Shown: positions 11,821-22,127, counted from the stretch's first letter. The stretch: DNA of 64,000 bases from Gammaproteobacteria bacterium (GCA_965238175.1 CBDEGZ010000003.1:1024001-1088000), one strand, 5' to 3'. Translations and numbers: made by a program. Notes: generated by a model from the letters alone, not told the origin.

Positions 11821-13773
11821 GTGATTAATTTAATAAGAAGTGTGAAACCAACAAAATATAGAGCGATTAGTTTTCTCAGCTTTATATTATTTTATTCCAT
11901 TAATGTAAATAGTGCGGATTCGGTTCAGACATCTATTTCAGATAAATTGCTAGAAACCAGTTACGAAGGCACACTGGTTATCTATAGCCATGTGCGTACG
12001 GGGCAAAAGCTCGATGGCAGCTATAAGATCATTAATAATCGAGGCCATATAATCGCTTCATTTCGAGATGGAGTGGCTGATGGTAGTTGGGAGCATTACA
12101 ACTCTCAACGTATCCTCACAGAGAAACGTAATTACCTTAATGGTAAGCTCGACGGAGAGCTTTTACGTTTTACTTCAAGTGGCAAGCAAGCCGAGTTAGA
12201 ACGTTATGAAAATGGTGTACCCTCTGGAACATGGAAAAAATACGCGCACAGTGGTGGGGTGATTGAAGTAACGGCTTACAATGATGGTATTAAGACACTT
12301 GTCGAAAAGTTTTATACCGATGGTCAGAAAAAGACGATAGAAACGTATGTGGATAATCTCAAACAAGGCTCCTGGCAAAGTTTTTATCCCGATGGCACTT
12401 TGGAAATTGAACAAACTTATGCCAACGATGTACTCAATGGCCCGTACACGGAATACTACCGTTCTGGTGAGAAAAAACTTGAAGGAGAAATCAATGAAGC
12501 TGGGTATCGTAGTGGTGTTTGGAACAAATACTTCGATACCGGGAAAATCCAAAAAACCCGTTATTACTTGGATGGAAGAGAGCAGGGGCCTTCCATCTCG
12601 TTTTATGAAAATGGACAGGAAAAACGGGCTTGTCAATTAAACGAGAAGCGTACAGAAGGCAGTTGTAAAAGCTATGATGACACAGGGCGTCTACTAGAAG
12701 AGTGGTCAATTAAGGGCAATAAATATGAGGGTATCTTTCGATCGTTTTATGAAAATGGTGATCCAAAACTCGTTTCTAACTATAAGAGCGGAAAGAAGTC
12801 AGGAAAGCAGGAATTCTATAACGAAAACGGTATTCTAATACGACGCGAACATTACAGTGAGCAAGCCAATGAGAGTGGGGAATTTTCTCAAGATGGAAAC
12901 TATGAAAGCTTTTATAGCAATGGTGATCCTCAGGAACAGGGACAATATGCGAATGGTCGTAAAACGGGTAGCTGGAAGTCATTCAGAGAAGGTCGATTGT
13001 TATCCGAAGAAAATTATCGTAATGGCACTCGGCATGGTAATTATGCAGAGTTTTATGATGGGCGTCGTCGTGTTACAGGTAGTTACATAAATAATAAGCG
13101 TGATGGTCTGTGGCTCCATTACTATTATGAACCTGAATCTCCGACTTTCGGACATATTCAAGAAGGCGTCGTCGCGCGCAAGGAACATTGGCAGAATAAT
13201 AAAAAAAGCGGAGTCTGGGAGTTCTTTACTGTAAAGGATAAACTTTATAAACGGGAGCGCTATGAAAACGGAGAGCTGGCCGGTTTATATGAAGAATTTC
13301 ATGTGGAATCAGGTGTGCCGCTGGTTATTGGTAACTATGTAGAAGGAAGGACGCATGGTAAATGGGAAGTTTTTTATGATGATGGACTGCCTAAATTACA
13401 GGAGAGTTATGACAAAGGCCTTCGTAGTGGTCATTATCAAAGTTTTTATAGTAATGGGCAAATAGAAGTTTCAGGCAAATTTGAAATGGATAAAAAAGCA
13501 GATCAATGGATCACGTATTATCAAAGTGGCAAATTACAAAAAGAAGAACAGTTTGCTAATAACCTGAAAGAAGGACAGTCAAAGTACTACCATCGAAATG
13601 GTCAATTAGAATCCGAAGGTCCCTTTGTGCGAGATCGAAAAGAAGGGGCATGGAAAATGTATTGGCCTAATGGCAAATTGCAGAATGAAGGAAGCTACCT
13701 GCGTGGCAATCAGGCTGGTGATTGGCTTAATTATGATCAAACGGGCAAGCTAATCTCAACACAGCATTATTAA
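11821..13773 (+). CDS. secreted MORN-variant repeat protein (YwqK-like)
   Basis: Signal peptide plus many G-W--YY-NG-L--EG-Y--G repeats; AGGAG RBS before the GTG. Confidence 0.85.
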   Translation: MINLIRSVKPTKYRAISFLSFILFYSINVNSADSVQTSISDKLLETSYEGTLVIYSHVRTGQKLDGSYKIINNRGHIIASFRDGVADGSWEHYNSQRILTEKRNYLNGKLDGELLRFTSSGKQAELERYENGVPSGTWKKYAHSGGVIEVTAYNDGIKTLVEKFYTDGQKKTIETYVDNLKQGSWQSFYPDGTLEIEQTYANDVLNGPYTEYYRSGEKKLEGEINEAGYRSGVWNKYFDTGKIQKTRYYLDGREQGPSISFYENGQEKRACQLNEKRTEGSCKSYDDTGRLLEEWSIKGNKYEGIFRSFYENGDPKLVSNYKSGKKSGKQEFYNENGILIRREHYSEQANESGEFSQDGNYESFYSNGDPQEQGQYANGRKTGSWKSFREGRLLSEENYRNGTRHGNYAEFYDGRRRVTGSYINNKRDGLWLHYYYEPESPTFGHIQEGVVARKEHWQNNKKSGVWEFFTVKDKLYKRERYENGELAGLYEEFHVESGVPLVIGNYVEGRTHGKWEVFYDDGLPKLQESYDKGLRSGHYQSFYSNGQIEVSGKFEMDKKADQWITYYQSGKLQKEEQFANNLKEGQSKYYHRNGQLESEGPFVRDRKEGAWKMYWPNGKLQNEGSYLRGNQAGDWLNYDQTGKLISTQHY

Positions 13774-13787
13774 TTTTAAGGAATATC

Positions 13788-13829
13788 AAAAGGGGAGATG
13801 TTAGAATTATCTATCAAATCCCCCTTTTT
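13788..13829 (+). terminator. putative terminator hairpin
   Basis: AAAAGGGG...CCCCTTTT arms after the stop codon. Confidence 0.45.
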
Positions 13830-14026
13830 ATTTTCCATTCTCACATGGGAGTCACTGTGAGTGATGCGGATACATTTATAAAACTCAGAAAATATTCCAA
13901 GTTTCTTGGATGTCTGTTTTTCAATCAATTTATTTACGGTTGAATTTTATAAATTATTTCCTGATAATCGTCAGATAATAGATTTTAAATTCTGTTCTAC
14001 CTGAGGCCCCGTAATATTAAAATTGA

Positions 14027-15307
14027 CTATTTGCCAGATAAATCCTCATACCAGTTTTCCGGCAACTTGACCCGATAAACATCAGAATAACCTTCACCAG
14101 TGATCCCCCAGTTAGACCCCCAGAAAACATATTTGCCTTGACGATCAATTGTTGCGAAGGCTTCTGACCAGTAATCTTTTCCGCCTTTTGAGGTTCTGGC
14201 ATTAGTATGAGCCACTCGGAAGTGTCGACCATTTTCTTTCAATTCCAACAGAAATAATGATCCATCTGACCAGTAGGTAGGCTTGTCTGAACGACCATAG
14301 GTGGAGACCAAAACCCAGCCGGGTGTTTGTGTACTGTTACCAGAAATATGGAAACCTTGATAACTGACGCCACCTTTTTCTGGAGCTTGAAATGGGATAT
14401 TCATCAGCTTAACCTCCTCAAGCGTATCAAGATAAATCATGGTGATGTGATCATTGGATGTATCTTGTGCGACAAATACATCGCGGCCATTTTTTGATAA
14501 AGCTAAATCGCCGTGACCATGTCGTCCTGGCAAAGCTCTGCCATTTGTCCAATCGCGATTGAAAACCTGAGTCGGCGTACTTTCAACTAGAATATATTTA
14601 CCTGTCATACTCATGCTGACTGTATTAGCATTGCTTATGATGTTGCCAGGTACATCGGAATTGCGAGAGATAACCGTCTTTGTTTCTGCATCAAAAGTGA
14701 TCCAGTCAAGGTACGTTTTTTTCTTTGTTTGATTGCTGTAATTAACCACCATAAAAGCCCAGTAACGACTGTCGGCAGATCCATCACCTTCACCCTGTGC
14801 TGTAATCCAGCTGGCATCTGGATAGTCTTTTTTAACATCATAGAGTAGTGATTTTCTTTTCAGTTTGACGTTATATTTATAAAAGTTTTTGCCTTTTACG
14901 TAAAATAAAATATTTGGATCGGTCGCGTGCCATCGTGGTTCTAATCTACCCTGTCCAAGAATTTTCCCTCTATATTTCAGGGTGTTCATATTGTACAAAT
15001 ACCAGGTTGCATTTGTGCCGTGAAAAATGCCAAGACTTCCATCTGCATTTAGTAGATCTGCACGAGCATATTCATTGACCATACCCTTTGCCTTTGTCGA
15101 AGGGTTGCCTTTTTTTACGTTAGTAATACGAGTTACATCTGTTCCAAAAACGGGATCTTTATAGATTTTTGCAACGGGGGGGAGATGATCAGAAGCAATA
15201 AAAGAATACGGAATTTCAGATAAACCTTTTGTGTATTCAAAACTAAAACAGAATGTTGAGGAGCAAGAAATCAATAGTAATATTGTGAATTGTAGTGTTT
15301 TTTTCAT
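14027..15307 (-). CDS. secreted hypothetical protein, predicted beta-propeller (TolB/oligogalacturonate-lyase-like)
   Basis: Signal peptide; DPVFGT-VTRIT, NADG, EPRWH, HISG and FWGSNWG blade-like motifs; fold is inferred. Confidence 0.6.
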   Translation of the reverse strand: MKKTLQFTILLLISCSSTFCFSFEYTKGLSEIPYSFIASDHLPPVAKIYKDPVFGTDVTRITNVKKGNPSTKAKGMVNEYARADLLNADGSLGIFHGTNATWYLYNMNTLKYRGKILGQGRLEPRWHATDPNILFYVKGKNFYKYNVKLKRKSLLYDVKKDYPDASWITAQGEGDGSADSRYWAFMVVNYSNQTKKKTYLDWITFDAETKTVISRNSDVPGNIISNANTVSMSMTGKYILVESTPTQVFNRDWTNGRALPGRHGHGDLALSKNGRDVFVAQDTSNDHITMIYLDTLEEVKLMNIPFQAPEKGGVSYQGFHISGNSTQTPGWVLVSTYGRSDKPTYWSDGSLFLLELKENGRHFRVAHTNARTSKGGKDYWSEAFATIDRQGKYVFWGSNWGITGEGYSDVYRVKLPENWYEDLSGK

Positions 15308-15330
15308 AGTGTTTTCTCCTGAATATTTTT

Positions 15331-16551
15331 TTACAAGATCGTATCGTAAACGGCTAATAATTTATCGCCGAGTATACGCCAGTCGTATAACCTTTCAGCT
15401 TGTTCGTGTGCCGCCTTGCCAAGTGCATCACGAAGTTTTTTATCGTCCATCAATTTAAGCGTAGCCGTGGCGATTTCTTCAGGAGTATCAGCGATGAGTA
15501 CATTTTTTCCATTTTCCAAAACAACACCTTCTGCTCCTATTGTAGTAGAGACAATCGCTTTGCCCATTGCCATGGCTTCGAGTAGTTTAAGACGGGTTCC
15601 ACTGCCAACACGTAATGGCAATATATAGACGGCTGCTTCGTGCACCAATGGTTGAAAATTATCAACGAAGCCGGTGGCGGAGACTTTGTTCCTGAGCTGA
15701 TCAGGGATCTCCAGTCCGTCGGACTTCCCTACTACCGTCAGACTGACATCAGGATTCTGATCACTGATCAACGGCATCACGTCCTTGATAAAAAAGTTCA
15801 TGCCATCCTTGTTCGGGAACCAGCCCATGCCACCGACGAAAACGATCTTATTTTGATCAACCTGAACCTTACCTGAAGTGTTCTTTTTTGATGGAGCATT
15901 TGGTTGAAACTGTTCAATATCAACACCATTTGCAATAACGTGGATTGATTTTCCATTACCCATCTTGCTTAAAATATCCGCATCATCTTGAGAGCAGGCG
16001 AGCACTTCCGTTGCATTTTTCATCGCAAATTCTTCAAAGGATTCGAGCTTCGGTGCCTGGTTAGAAAAGAATATTTTTTGTGCTAGTGAGGATGATGCTT
16101 CAGCGCGTCGTTCGACCAATAAGCTCTCTACATTATGGTCATTTAAAACAGTAGGAATATTTCCACATAGGGGCAAATATTGAGCGAGTGGCAACATATC
16201 AAGATGGATCAAATCCGGTGCTTCGGTTTTGATTACACTCTGCAGTTTATTTCGCATTTCCAGTGCAAAATATTTTCTAACCACGAAAGGTGTTTTAGTT
16301 ATGACGCCAGATAAAATAGTGCTTAGCAATTTAACTTTATTTTGATCAGCAGGAATAGGGATTAATGCGACAGATTTACATAAGGTGCGTAAATGATCGG
16401 CATGATTTGGGTTTTCATCACTGCGTACAAAAGAAACCAGATGTACCTCATGCATTTCACAAATATGCTTTAAAAGATTGTAGGTTCTGATCTGATGACC
16501 TTCCCACGGCGGGTAAGGAATACGTGTTGTAACGAATAAAATTTTTGCCAT
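15331..16551 (-). CDS. GT4 glycosyltransferase (EPS-associated)
   Basis: KILFVT-RIPYPP, HNVES, GSGTRLKLLEAMAMG; ATG overlaps the upstream stop (TAATG). Confidence 0.9.
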   Translation of the reverse strand: MAKILFVTTRIPYPPWEGHQIRTYNLLKHICEMHEVHLVSFVRSDENPNHADHLRTLCKSVALIPIPADQNKVKLLSTILSGVITKTPFVVRKYFALEMRNKLQSVIKTEAPDLIHLDMLPLAQYLPLCGNIPTVLNDHNVESLLVERRAEASSSLAQKIFFSNQAPKLESFEEFAMKNATEVLACSQDDADILSKMGNGKSIHVIANGVDIEQFQPNAPSKKNTSGKVQVDQNKIVFVGGMGWFPNKDGMNFFIKDVMPLISDQNPDVSLTVVGKSDGLEIPDQLRNKVSATGFVDNFQPLVHEAAVYILPLRVGSGTRLKLLEAMAMGKAIVSTTIGAEGVVLENGKNVLIADTPEEIATATLKLMDDKKLRDALGKAAHEQAERLYDWRILGDKLLAVYDTIL

Positions 16552-17678
16552 TAATGTTTCTTCCACAAACTAGCAGTTTGCCCTGTGAGAATCGAATAAA
16601 GTCCAACAACTGCGGTAATGTTCAGCATTAAAAAGCTTGATGCAGTTCCAACTAATTTAACTTTCTTCCCTTGTGCCATTGCAATTAGTCCAGCAATGGC
16701 TGCTGCGTATACAACAAGTTGTAACAAGCCGATAAAACTATATAAAGGTTTACCAATCAAAAAGGATGAGATCAATAATAAGATCATTGCGTAGGGCGAA
16801 AAAAGCCGAAAAACCTTATGCGAGATCCATTGAAAAAATAATCGGTTCTGGAATGGGTTATTGATCCAGGGAGCCGCTTGCATGAGTTGGAAGTTACCCG
16901 CTAGCGTACGAACTTTTCGTGAAAATTCTTCTGCGTGTGATTCGCTCAATGTGTCATAGGCAATTGCATCACGTACCATACAAACGCGATAATCTTGTTT
17001 CGCGATGCGTACTGGTGTGAGTACATCATCAAGAATAATTCCTGCGGGTAGCGGTTCATAGAGTGATCGACGGATCGCATAGATTGCACCTGTTGCACCA
17101 ACCATTGAATCCACAATGCTTTCCGAATCGCGGATCATTTTTTCATATTTCCAATACAAACCAACGCCTTCTGGTTCGTGATCTGCACCAGATGATTCTA
17201 GGATTAATTCACCGGTTGTTGCGCCCATTTTTTGATCAGCAAAAGGTTCAATAAGAGAACGAACTGCATCGGCCGAAAAACGCTGGCGTACATCGGCAAA
17301 AACAATAAACTCACCTGTCGCTTCGCTAACCCCACGACTGACGGCAATAGATTTACCAACATTTTGTTTTAATGAAATTACAGTAACGCGATCAGAATTT
17401 ATTTTATTTAAATTTTCGATGGTGTCATCGGTTGAGCCGTCAGAAACAACAATAATATCGAGCTTATCCGTGGGATAATTTTGTTCGAGTATATTTTCGA
17501 TGCGAGCTACTATTCTATCTTGTTCATTAAATGCAGAGATGACGACTGTCACTGCCGGTTCAATCGAATCAGATTTGATCGGGTTTGGGCGGAATTTGGC
17601 CCACAAAAACATTAACAACGGATAACCGATGTAGGTATAAAAAAGGAATAATGTGCTCAGCCAGAAAATCAGGATCAT
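16551..17678 (-). CDS. GT2 processive-type glycosyltransferase (PgaC-like)
   Basis: SDGSTD, FAD, GATGAIYAIRR, LDD, RKVRT; N- and C-terminal TM helices. Confidence 0.88.
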   Translation of the reverse strand: MILIFWLSTLFLFYTYIGYPLLMFLWAKFRPNPIKSDSIEPAVTVVISAFNEQDRIVARIENILEQNYPTDKLDIIVVSDGSTDDTIENLNKINSDRVTVISLKQNVGKSIAVSRGVSEATGEFIVFADVRQRFSADAVRSLIEPFADQKMGATTGELILESSGADHEPEGVGLYWKYEKMIRDSESIVDSMVGATGAIYAIRRSLYEPLPAGIILDDVLTPVRIAKQDYRVCMVRDAIAYDTLSESHAEEFSRKVRTLAGNFQLMQAAPWINNPFQNRLFFQWISHKVFRLFSPYAMILLLISSFLIGKPLYSFIGLLQLVVYAAAIAGLIAMAQGKKVKLVGTASSFLMLNITAVVGLYSILTGQTASLWKKH

Positions 17679-17681
17679 TAT

Positions 17682-18455
17682 TTATCCTAATAATTTACTG
17701 CGTGCAATTTCATACAAACGATTGCCTAAGATGGTTTTCATTCTGGTTAAAATAAGCTGGCGTAATTTCATGATACGCATTTCATTGCCTTGACCGGAAA
17801 CAAGAGCAGAAAATGTTTCCATACTCATGGGACGCGTCATTGCAATGCGTTTTATTTTGTATCGATCTGTTGTTTGATCATTATAACCAAGCACCGAAGT
17901 ACCTAGTTTCGTATAACCCAATTCTTTTGCAATTGTACGAGTGCGGTTATCGCCGCGACCACCGGGCAGAGCAATGGTATTTATTTTCTTACTAAGAATT
18001 TCTTCCAACGTATTTTTGCTGACTTCCAGTTCCAGTCGCATTTCTTCATCGCTAAGATCGCTGAGATAGTTATGCGTTTTACCATGTGAATCGACCACCA
18101 TGCCTGCTTGATCAAGTTCGCGCAATTGATCGGCCGACATGCTGAATTCATTGCCGATCCAATCGGTAGTGATGTAAAACTCGGCGGACATAGAGCGTTT
18201 GACTAATTGTGGAAGTGCTGCGGTGAAATTGGTGATATCGCCGTCGTCGAAAGTAATCACGACCACTTTTTCCGTAGCGGATAATGCAAACGCATCATCC
18301 AGCGTGCAGGCTTTGTAACCATTATCTTTTAACCAATCAAGCTGATCTGAAAACTGTTGATGCGTGACGTTATATACAGGATCGTAGTGCCCAGGGTCAT
18401 CTTCTGAATCCTGAATTCCGTGATACATCAATACCGGAAATTGTCCCGCGATCAT
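17682..18455 (-). CDS. polysaccharide deacetylase (CE4)
   Basis: PVLMYH, ITFDDG and SHG-TH motifs. Confidence 0.9.
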   Translation of the reverse strand: MIAGQFPVLMYHGIQDSEDDPGHYDPVYNVTHQQFSDQLDWLKDNGYKACTLDDAFALSATEKVVVITFDDGDITNFTAALPQLVKRSMSAEFYITTDWIGNEFSMSADQLRELDQAGMVVDSHGKTHNYLSDLSDEEMRLELEVSKNTLEEILSKKINTIALPGGRGDNRTRTIAKELGYTKLGTSVLGYNDQTTDRYKIKRIAMTRPMSMETFSALVSGQGNEMRIMKLRQLILTRMKTILGNRLYEIARSKLLG

Positions 18456-18554
18456 TATTCTTATACCTGTCTCGTCGATGCCTTGGTTCGATGTTCTGCT
18501 TATTTATCAGATTATCGGCATTTTGTGTAAAAAGTTTAGTGAATCATCGATGCG

Positions 18555-19352
18555 TTAGAGGAACAACCAAAGAAGGAAAACACCCAGGCAGAGTCGGTAG
18601 ATTACAAAGGGTAACATTCCGATTTGATTGACTAATTTCAAAAAGTAATGGATGCAAATGTATGCGCTGATCATTGATAAAACAGTGACAAAGATAAGAC
18701 CAAACCAGTCTACAGCTAGTCCACTTTCGATCAAATCTTTGGTTTTCAGTCCAGTCGCGGCAAGGATTAATGGGATGGACAACAAAAATGAAAACCGAGC
18801 CGACGCATTACGTGTTAGGCCAAGCATTAATCCGGCAGTCATTGTAATACCTGAACGAGAGGTGCCAGGGATTAGAGCCAGTGCCTGGGCTAGACCAATT
18901 TTGAGGGCATCTTTTGCCGTTAGTGTTTTTTCAGTTCTATGGTGTGTTGCAGTAGCATCTGAATACCATAATAATAAACCAAAAATAATCGTGGTTGCTG
19001 CGATAACTAACGGATTTCTAAGTACAGTCTCAATATAGTCTTTCATTAAAAAACCAACTATTACTGCCGGAATAGTGCCGATAATAACTGCCCAGCCTAA
19101 GCGACTATTTTCTGTAGTTTCGCCACCAAGAACAGATGAAAACCAGGCGAACAAAACTTTTCTGATATCGTCTCGGAAGTAAACCATCACGGCGAATAAA
19201 GAACCAAAGTGAACAGCAACATCGTAGATTAAACCTTGATCTTGCCAGCCTGTGAGAATTGGTAGCAGGATCAAATGCGCCGAGCTGGAAATGGGTAAAA
19301 ACTCAGTTAAGCCTTGAACGATTGCGAGAACAATAAGTTGTAATAGATCCAA
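18555..19352 (-). CDS. uppP: undecaprenyl-diphosphatase
   Basis: QGLTEFLPISSSAH and PGTSRSG; TTG start. Confidence 0.96.
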   Translation of the reverse strand: MDLLQLIVLAIVQGLTEFLPISSSAHLILLPILTGWQDQGLIYDVAVHFGSLFAVMVYFRDDIRKVLFAWFSSVLGGETTENSRLGWAVIIGTIPAVIVGFLMKDYIETVLRNPLVIAATTIIFGLLLWYSDATATHHRTEKTLTAKDALKIGLAQALALIPGTSRSGITMTAGLMLGLTRNASARFSFLLSIPLILAATGLKTKDLIESGLAVDWFGLIFVTVLSMISAYICIHYFLKLVNQIGMLPFVIYRLCLGVFLLWLFL

Positions 19353-19376
19353 AATTGTTTCCTTTTCAGTTTAAGT

Positions 19377-19517
19377 GAGATCTCTACACGAAAAAATATT
19401 TTGCATCCAGACAAGGCAAAAACACGCGGAAAGAAGGAGTTTATGTTTTATAAATGCCCGATTGAGCATGTTTTTAACGCTGTATGGGTGCAAAATAGTT
19501 TTTGTGTAAAGGTTCTC
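19377..19517. repeat. MITE-like palindromic element, family A copy 2
   Basis: Reverse-complement homologue of 9980-10120 (shared GCGTTAAAAACATGCTCAATCGG core); its end overlaps the stop codon of the adjacent gene. Confidence 0.75.
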
Positions 19518-20703
19518 AAAGTCGTTCTAAAAGATTGTTTATTGCAAAACCTGTTAAGGGCTTGTTAAATTGTTTTGTGAGTCCTATCACTTTGAAACGT
19601 TCTCCCATTTCTGCTGGGAGTGTTAATATTTGCACTTCCTGTGACAGTTTTAAATATTCAGTTGAATCAAATTCTTCTGTGGGCAGCAAATTGATCAAAT
19701 TATTATTGATCAAAAAATGCGCCTGAGTGGTATAACCTGCAATTTCAAACCCTCCAGTAAAGGCTGCTTCTGCAACAGAAGTAAAATCGACCGAAGCACT
19801 AATATCTTGAAGACCAATATAAACAAAAGGATCATCATGCGCCTGGTGTCGATAATGACAAATCAACGTACCATTATTTTGATCAGGATGATAATAATCT
19901 CGGCGAGAATAGCCATAGTCGACACAGAAAATTACACCTGTTTCTATAGCATCATTGAGGCTTTTAAACCAGCCGGGTAAAGTTTGATTTATTTCCGAGG
20001 CATAATCATATGCAAGATCCAATTGTAGTTCGCTAATGCTATTTTTAAGTTGAGTGGAAGCTTCTTTATTTGCGAAACTGAATTCATCGTTTTGAATTAC
20101 GACACGCTGTTCTTGAATGATATTGTTAATAATCGAAAACCGATCAACAGGCATCGCGTCTAGCACTTCATTTGCGAGAATTACACCGCTGATCTTTTCT
20201 GTCGGGAAAGCTTCCAACCAGGTGACTCTATTTTCTAACTGCGGGATCTTACTTTTAATCAGATGTTGTTGACGTTCTCGCAGATCAGCACTGACTTCGA
20301 GAATGAAATAGCTATCGGGTAGCATCCCTAAGCTTTCAAGTTCGGTCAATATGTCGCAAGCTAGCCGACCACTGCCTGCACCAAATTCCAGAATTGATTT
20401 TTTACTATATTTGGTTTCACTATTTTTGTTTTTATCAAGATGAAGAAAAATCTGACTAATTTGGTGAGCAAAACAACGGCCGAACAAACTGGATGTTTCA
20501 GGTGCCGTGGTGAAATCGCCATCAACTCCAAACTTAGCGGAACCAGCACTGTAATAACCAAACCCTGGTTCATACAATGCCATTTGCATGAATCTGGAAA
20601 AAGAAATGCTGCCATTTTCAGCTTTAATGACTTGCGCTATTTTTTGATGTAGCTGTCGACTAAGTCGTAAGGCATCCTGCTTGGGGATGGGAAGAAGTGA
20701 CAT
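19516..20703 (-). CDS. SAM-dependent methyltransferase, MidA/NDUFAF7 family
   Basis: FMQMALY--GYY, GDFTTAPE, EFGAGSG, ANEVLDAMP, DYGY, MGERFKV. Confidence 0.92.
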   Translation of the reverse strand: MSLLPIPKQDALRLSRQLHQKIAQVIKAENGSISFSRFMQMALYEPGFGYYSAGSAKFGVDGDFTTAPETSSLFGRCFAHQISQIFLHLDKNKNSETKYSKKSILEFGAGSGRLACDILTELESLGMLPDSYFILEVSADLRERQQHLIKSKIPQLENRVTWLEAFPTEKISGVILANEVLDAMPVDRFSIINNIIQEQRVVIQNDEFSFANKEASTQLKNSISELQLDLAYDYASEINQTLPGWFKSLNDAIETGVIFCVDYGYSRRDYYHPDQNNGTLICHYRHQAHDDPFVYIGLQDISASVDFTSVAEAAFTGGFEIAGYTTQAHFLINNNLINLLPTEEFDSTEYLKLSQEVQILTLPAEMGERFKVIGLTKQFNKPLTGFAINNLLERL

Positions 20704-20747
20704 TTATGATTAGATCTTACTAATAATTTCCAACGTTCGTTATTGAG

Positions 20748-21185
20748 TTATCGACCGGTGAGATTTGGGATGTCGCCATCAAGCAACCACAACTTTTGTT
20801 CATTATTAAGCCACCAAATTTGCTTTTCACTGATGGTTGAAACGGTTCCTTGATCGACATCATAAAAATTGATCAGTGCGGTAACATCAACAGTTGTTCC
20901 ATCCTTAGAAAAAGTTTTTTGGCTATATTCGTAAGAAGTAATGCGAATGTTTTTTAAGTACTCAGTATCACGTAAAGATTTCTTATAATTTTTTAATTGA
21001 ATAAAACTTGCTGCTTGCGCGTAATAACCCCAACGTAAAGCTTTGCGGAAATCATTTAGACTTTGTTCTAGCAAATCAAGTTGGCTTTTTTTATTGAGGT
21101 TAGAACAAGCTGTCGTGCTCAAGCTGAGACAAATGACTAGTGCATAAGAAAAATGGCTCAGGTTTGTTTTATTGATCACGATCAT
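20748..21185 (-). CDS. hypothetical lipoprotein
   Basis: Hydrophobic signal ending TTAC (lipobox-like); AGAGG RBS. Confidence 0.7.
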   Translation of the reverse strand: MIVINKTNLSHFSYALVICLSLSTTACSNLNKKSQLDLLEQSLNDFRKALRWGYYAQAASFIQLKNYKKSLRDTEYLKNIRITSYEYSQKTFSKDGTTVDVTALINFYDVDQGTVSTISEKQIWWLNNEQKLWLLDGDIPNLTGR

Positions 21186-21195
21186 TTCCTCTTAT

Positions 21196-21250
21196 TTGAT
21201 TATTGATTATTGATTATTGATTATTGATTATTGATTATTGATTATTGATT
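21196..21250. repeat. heptanucleotide tandem repeat (TTATTGA) x7 plus partial units
   Basis: Seven perfect units at 21200-21248, overlapping the folK stop. Confidence 0.95.
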
Positions 21251-21719
21251 CAGCCAGCCAAACTTTTTGATCTAATATTTGACTATGATCTTTAAATGAT
21301 TTTCCCGTTTCAGGATGAATGTGATCACCATTTATTTCAGCTAATGGAATGGCAACATAAGCGAACTCAACGATATCCTTTCTCGGTAGATCAAGTTCCT
21401 TTTCATGATCAATTAAATCGTTATACAACAGAAGATCAAGATCCAGAGGGCAACGATTCTTTCGTCGTTGGCCACATGTTTTTTCGATTCTTTTGAGATG
21501 TTTATTGACTTGATGTGGCGACAAATCAGTTTCGTATGCTCCCACCAGATTGAAGTAATTATTCGCCTCGGTATTGCCCATAGCGCCAATAGGACTGGTC
21601 TCATAAACACTCGATAATTTTATTTCGGTGAAGTGTTCTTTTAAGTGCTCAATAGCCGTAAGAATATTTTTTTCACGTTTCACATTGCTACCAATGCCGA
21701 CATAAATCTTGTTAATCAC
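21228..21719 (-). CDS. folK: 2-amino-4-hydroxy-6-hydroxymethyldihydropteridine diphosphokinase
   Basis: YVGIGSN, SSVYET-P, LDLDLLLY; overlaps folB. Confidence 0.9.
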   Translation of the reverse strand: MINKIYVGIGSNVKREKNILTAIEHLKEHFTEIKLSSVYETSPIGAMGNTEANNYFNLVGAYETDLSPHQVNKHLKRIEKTCGQRRKNRCPLDLDLLLYNDLIDHEKELDLPRKDIVEFAYVAIPLAEINGDHIHPETGKSFKDHSQILDQKVWLAESIINNQ

Positions 21720-22065
21720 GAGTACGCTCTATGACTACGCCGACATCACGGACAATGGGAACAGCGCCTTTTTTATTGATCTTCAATCGCATCCAGGGTG
21801 CTTTAAATTCGTTGAGAATGATCTTGGCCACACCTTCCGCGACCGATTCGATCAACTGAAAGCTGCTTTCTTCAACGTAAGCGACTACACGTTCAGCGAC
21901 TTCGGCGTAATTGACGGTATATTGCAGATCATCCGTCGCGCCAGCTTTGCGTATGTCGGTGCCGATTTCCAAATCGAGGATCAGGGTTTGCTTAATTTCC
22001 CGTTCCCAGTCATAAACACCAATAACAGTGTCGATTCTCAGATCAGTCAGGTATATGATATCCAT
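21712..22065 (-). CDS. folB: dihydroneopterin aldolase
   Basis: IGVYDWER-IKQ, NYAEV, LIESVAE, VGVVIER; divergent from plsY. Confidence 0.96.
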   Translation of the reverse strand: MDIIYLTDLRIDTVIGVYDWEREIKQTLILDLEIGTDIRKAGATDDLQYTVNYAEVAERVVAYVEESSFQLIESVAEGVAKIILNEFKAPWMRLKINKKGAVPIVRDVGVVIERTRD

Positions 22066-22127
22066 CGGAGCAATTTAAACGCTATGCATAATCTGTCAAG
22101 CCAAATATAGTAATCACAACAAAAATT

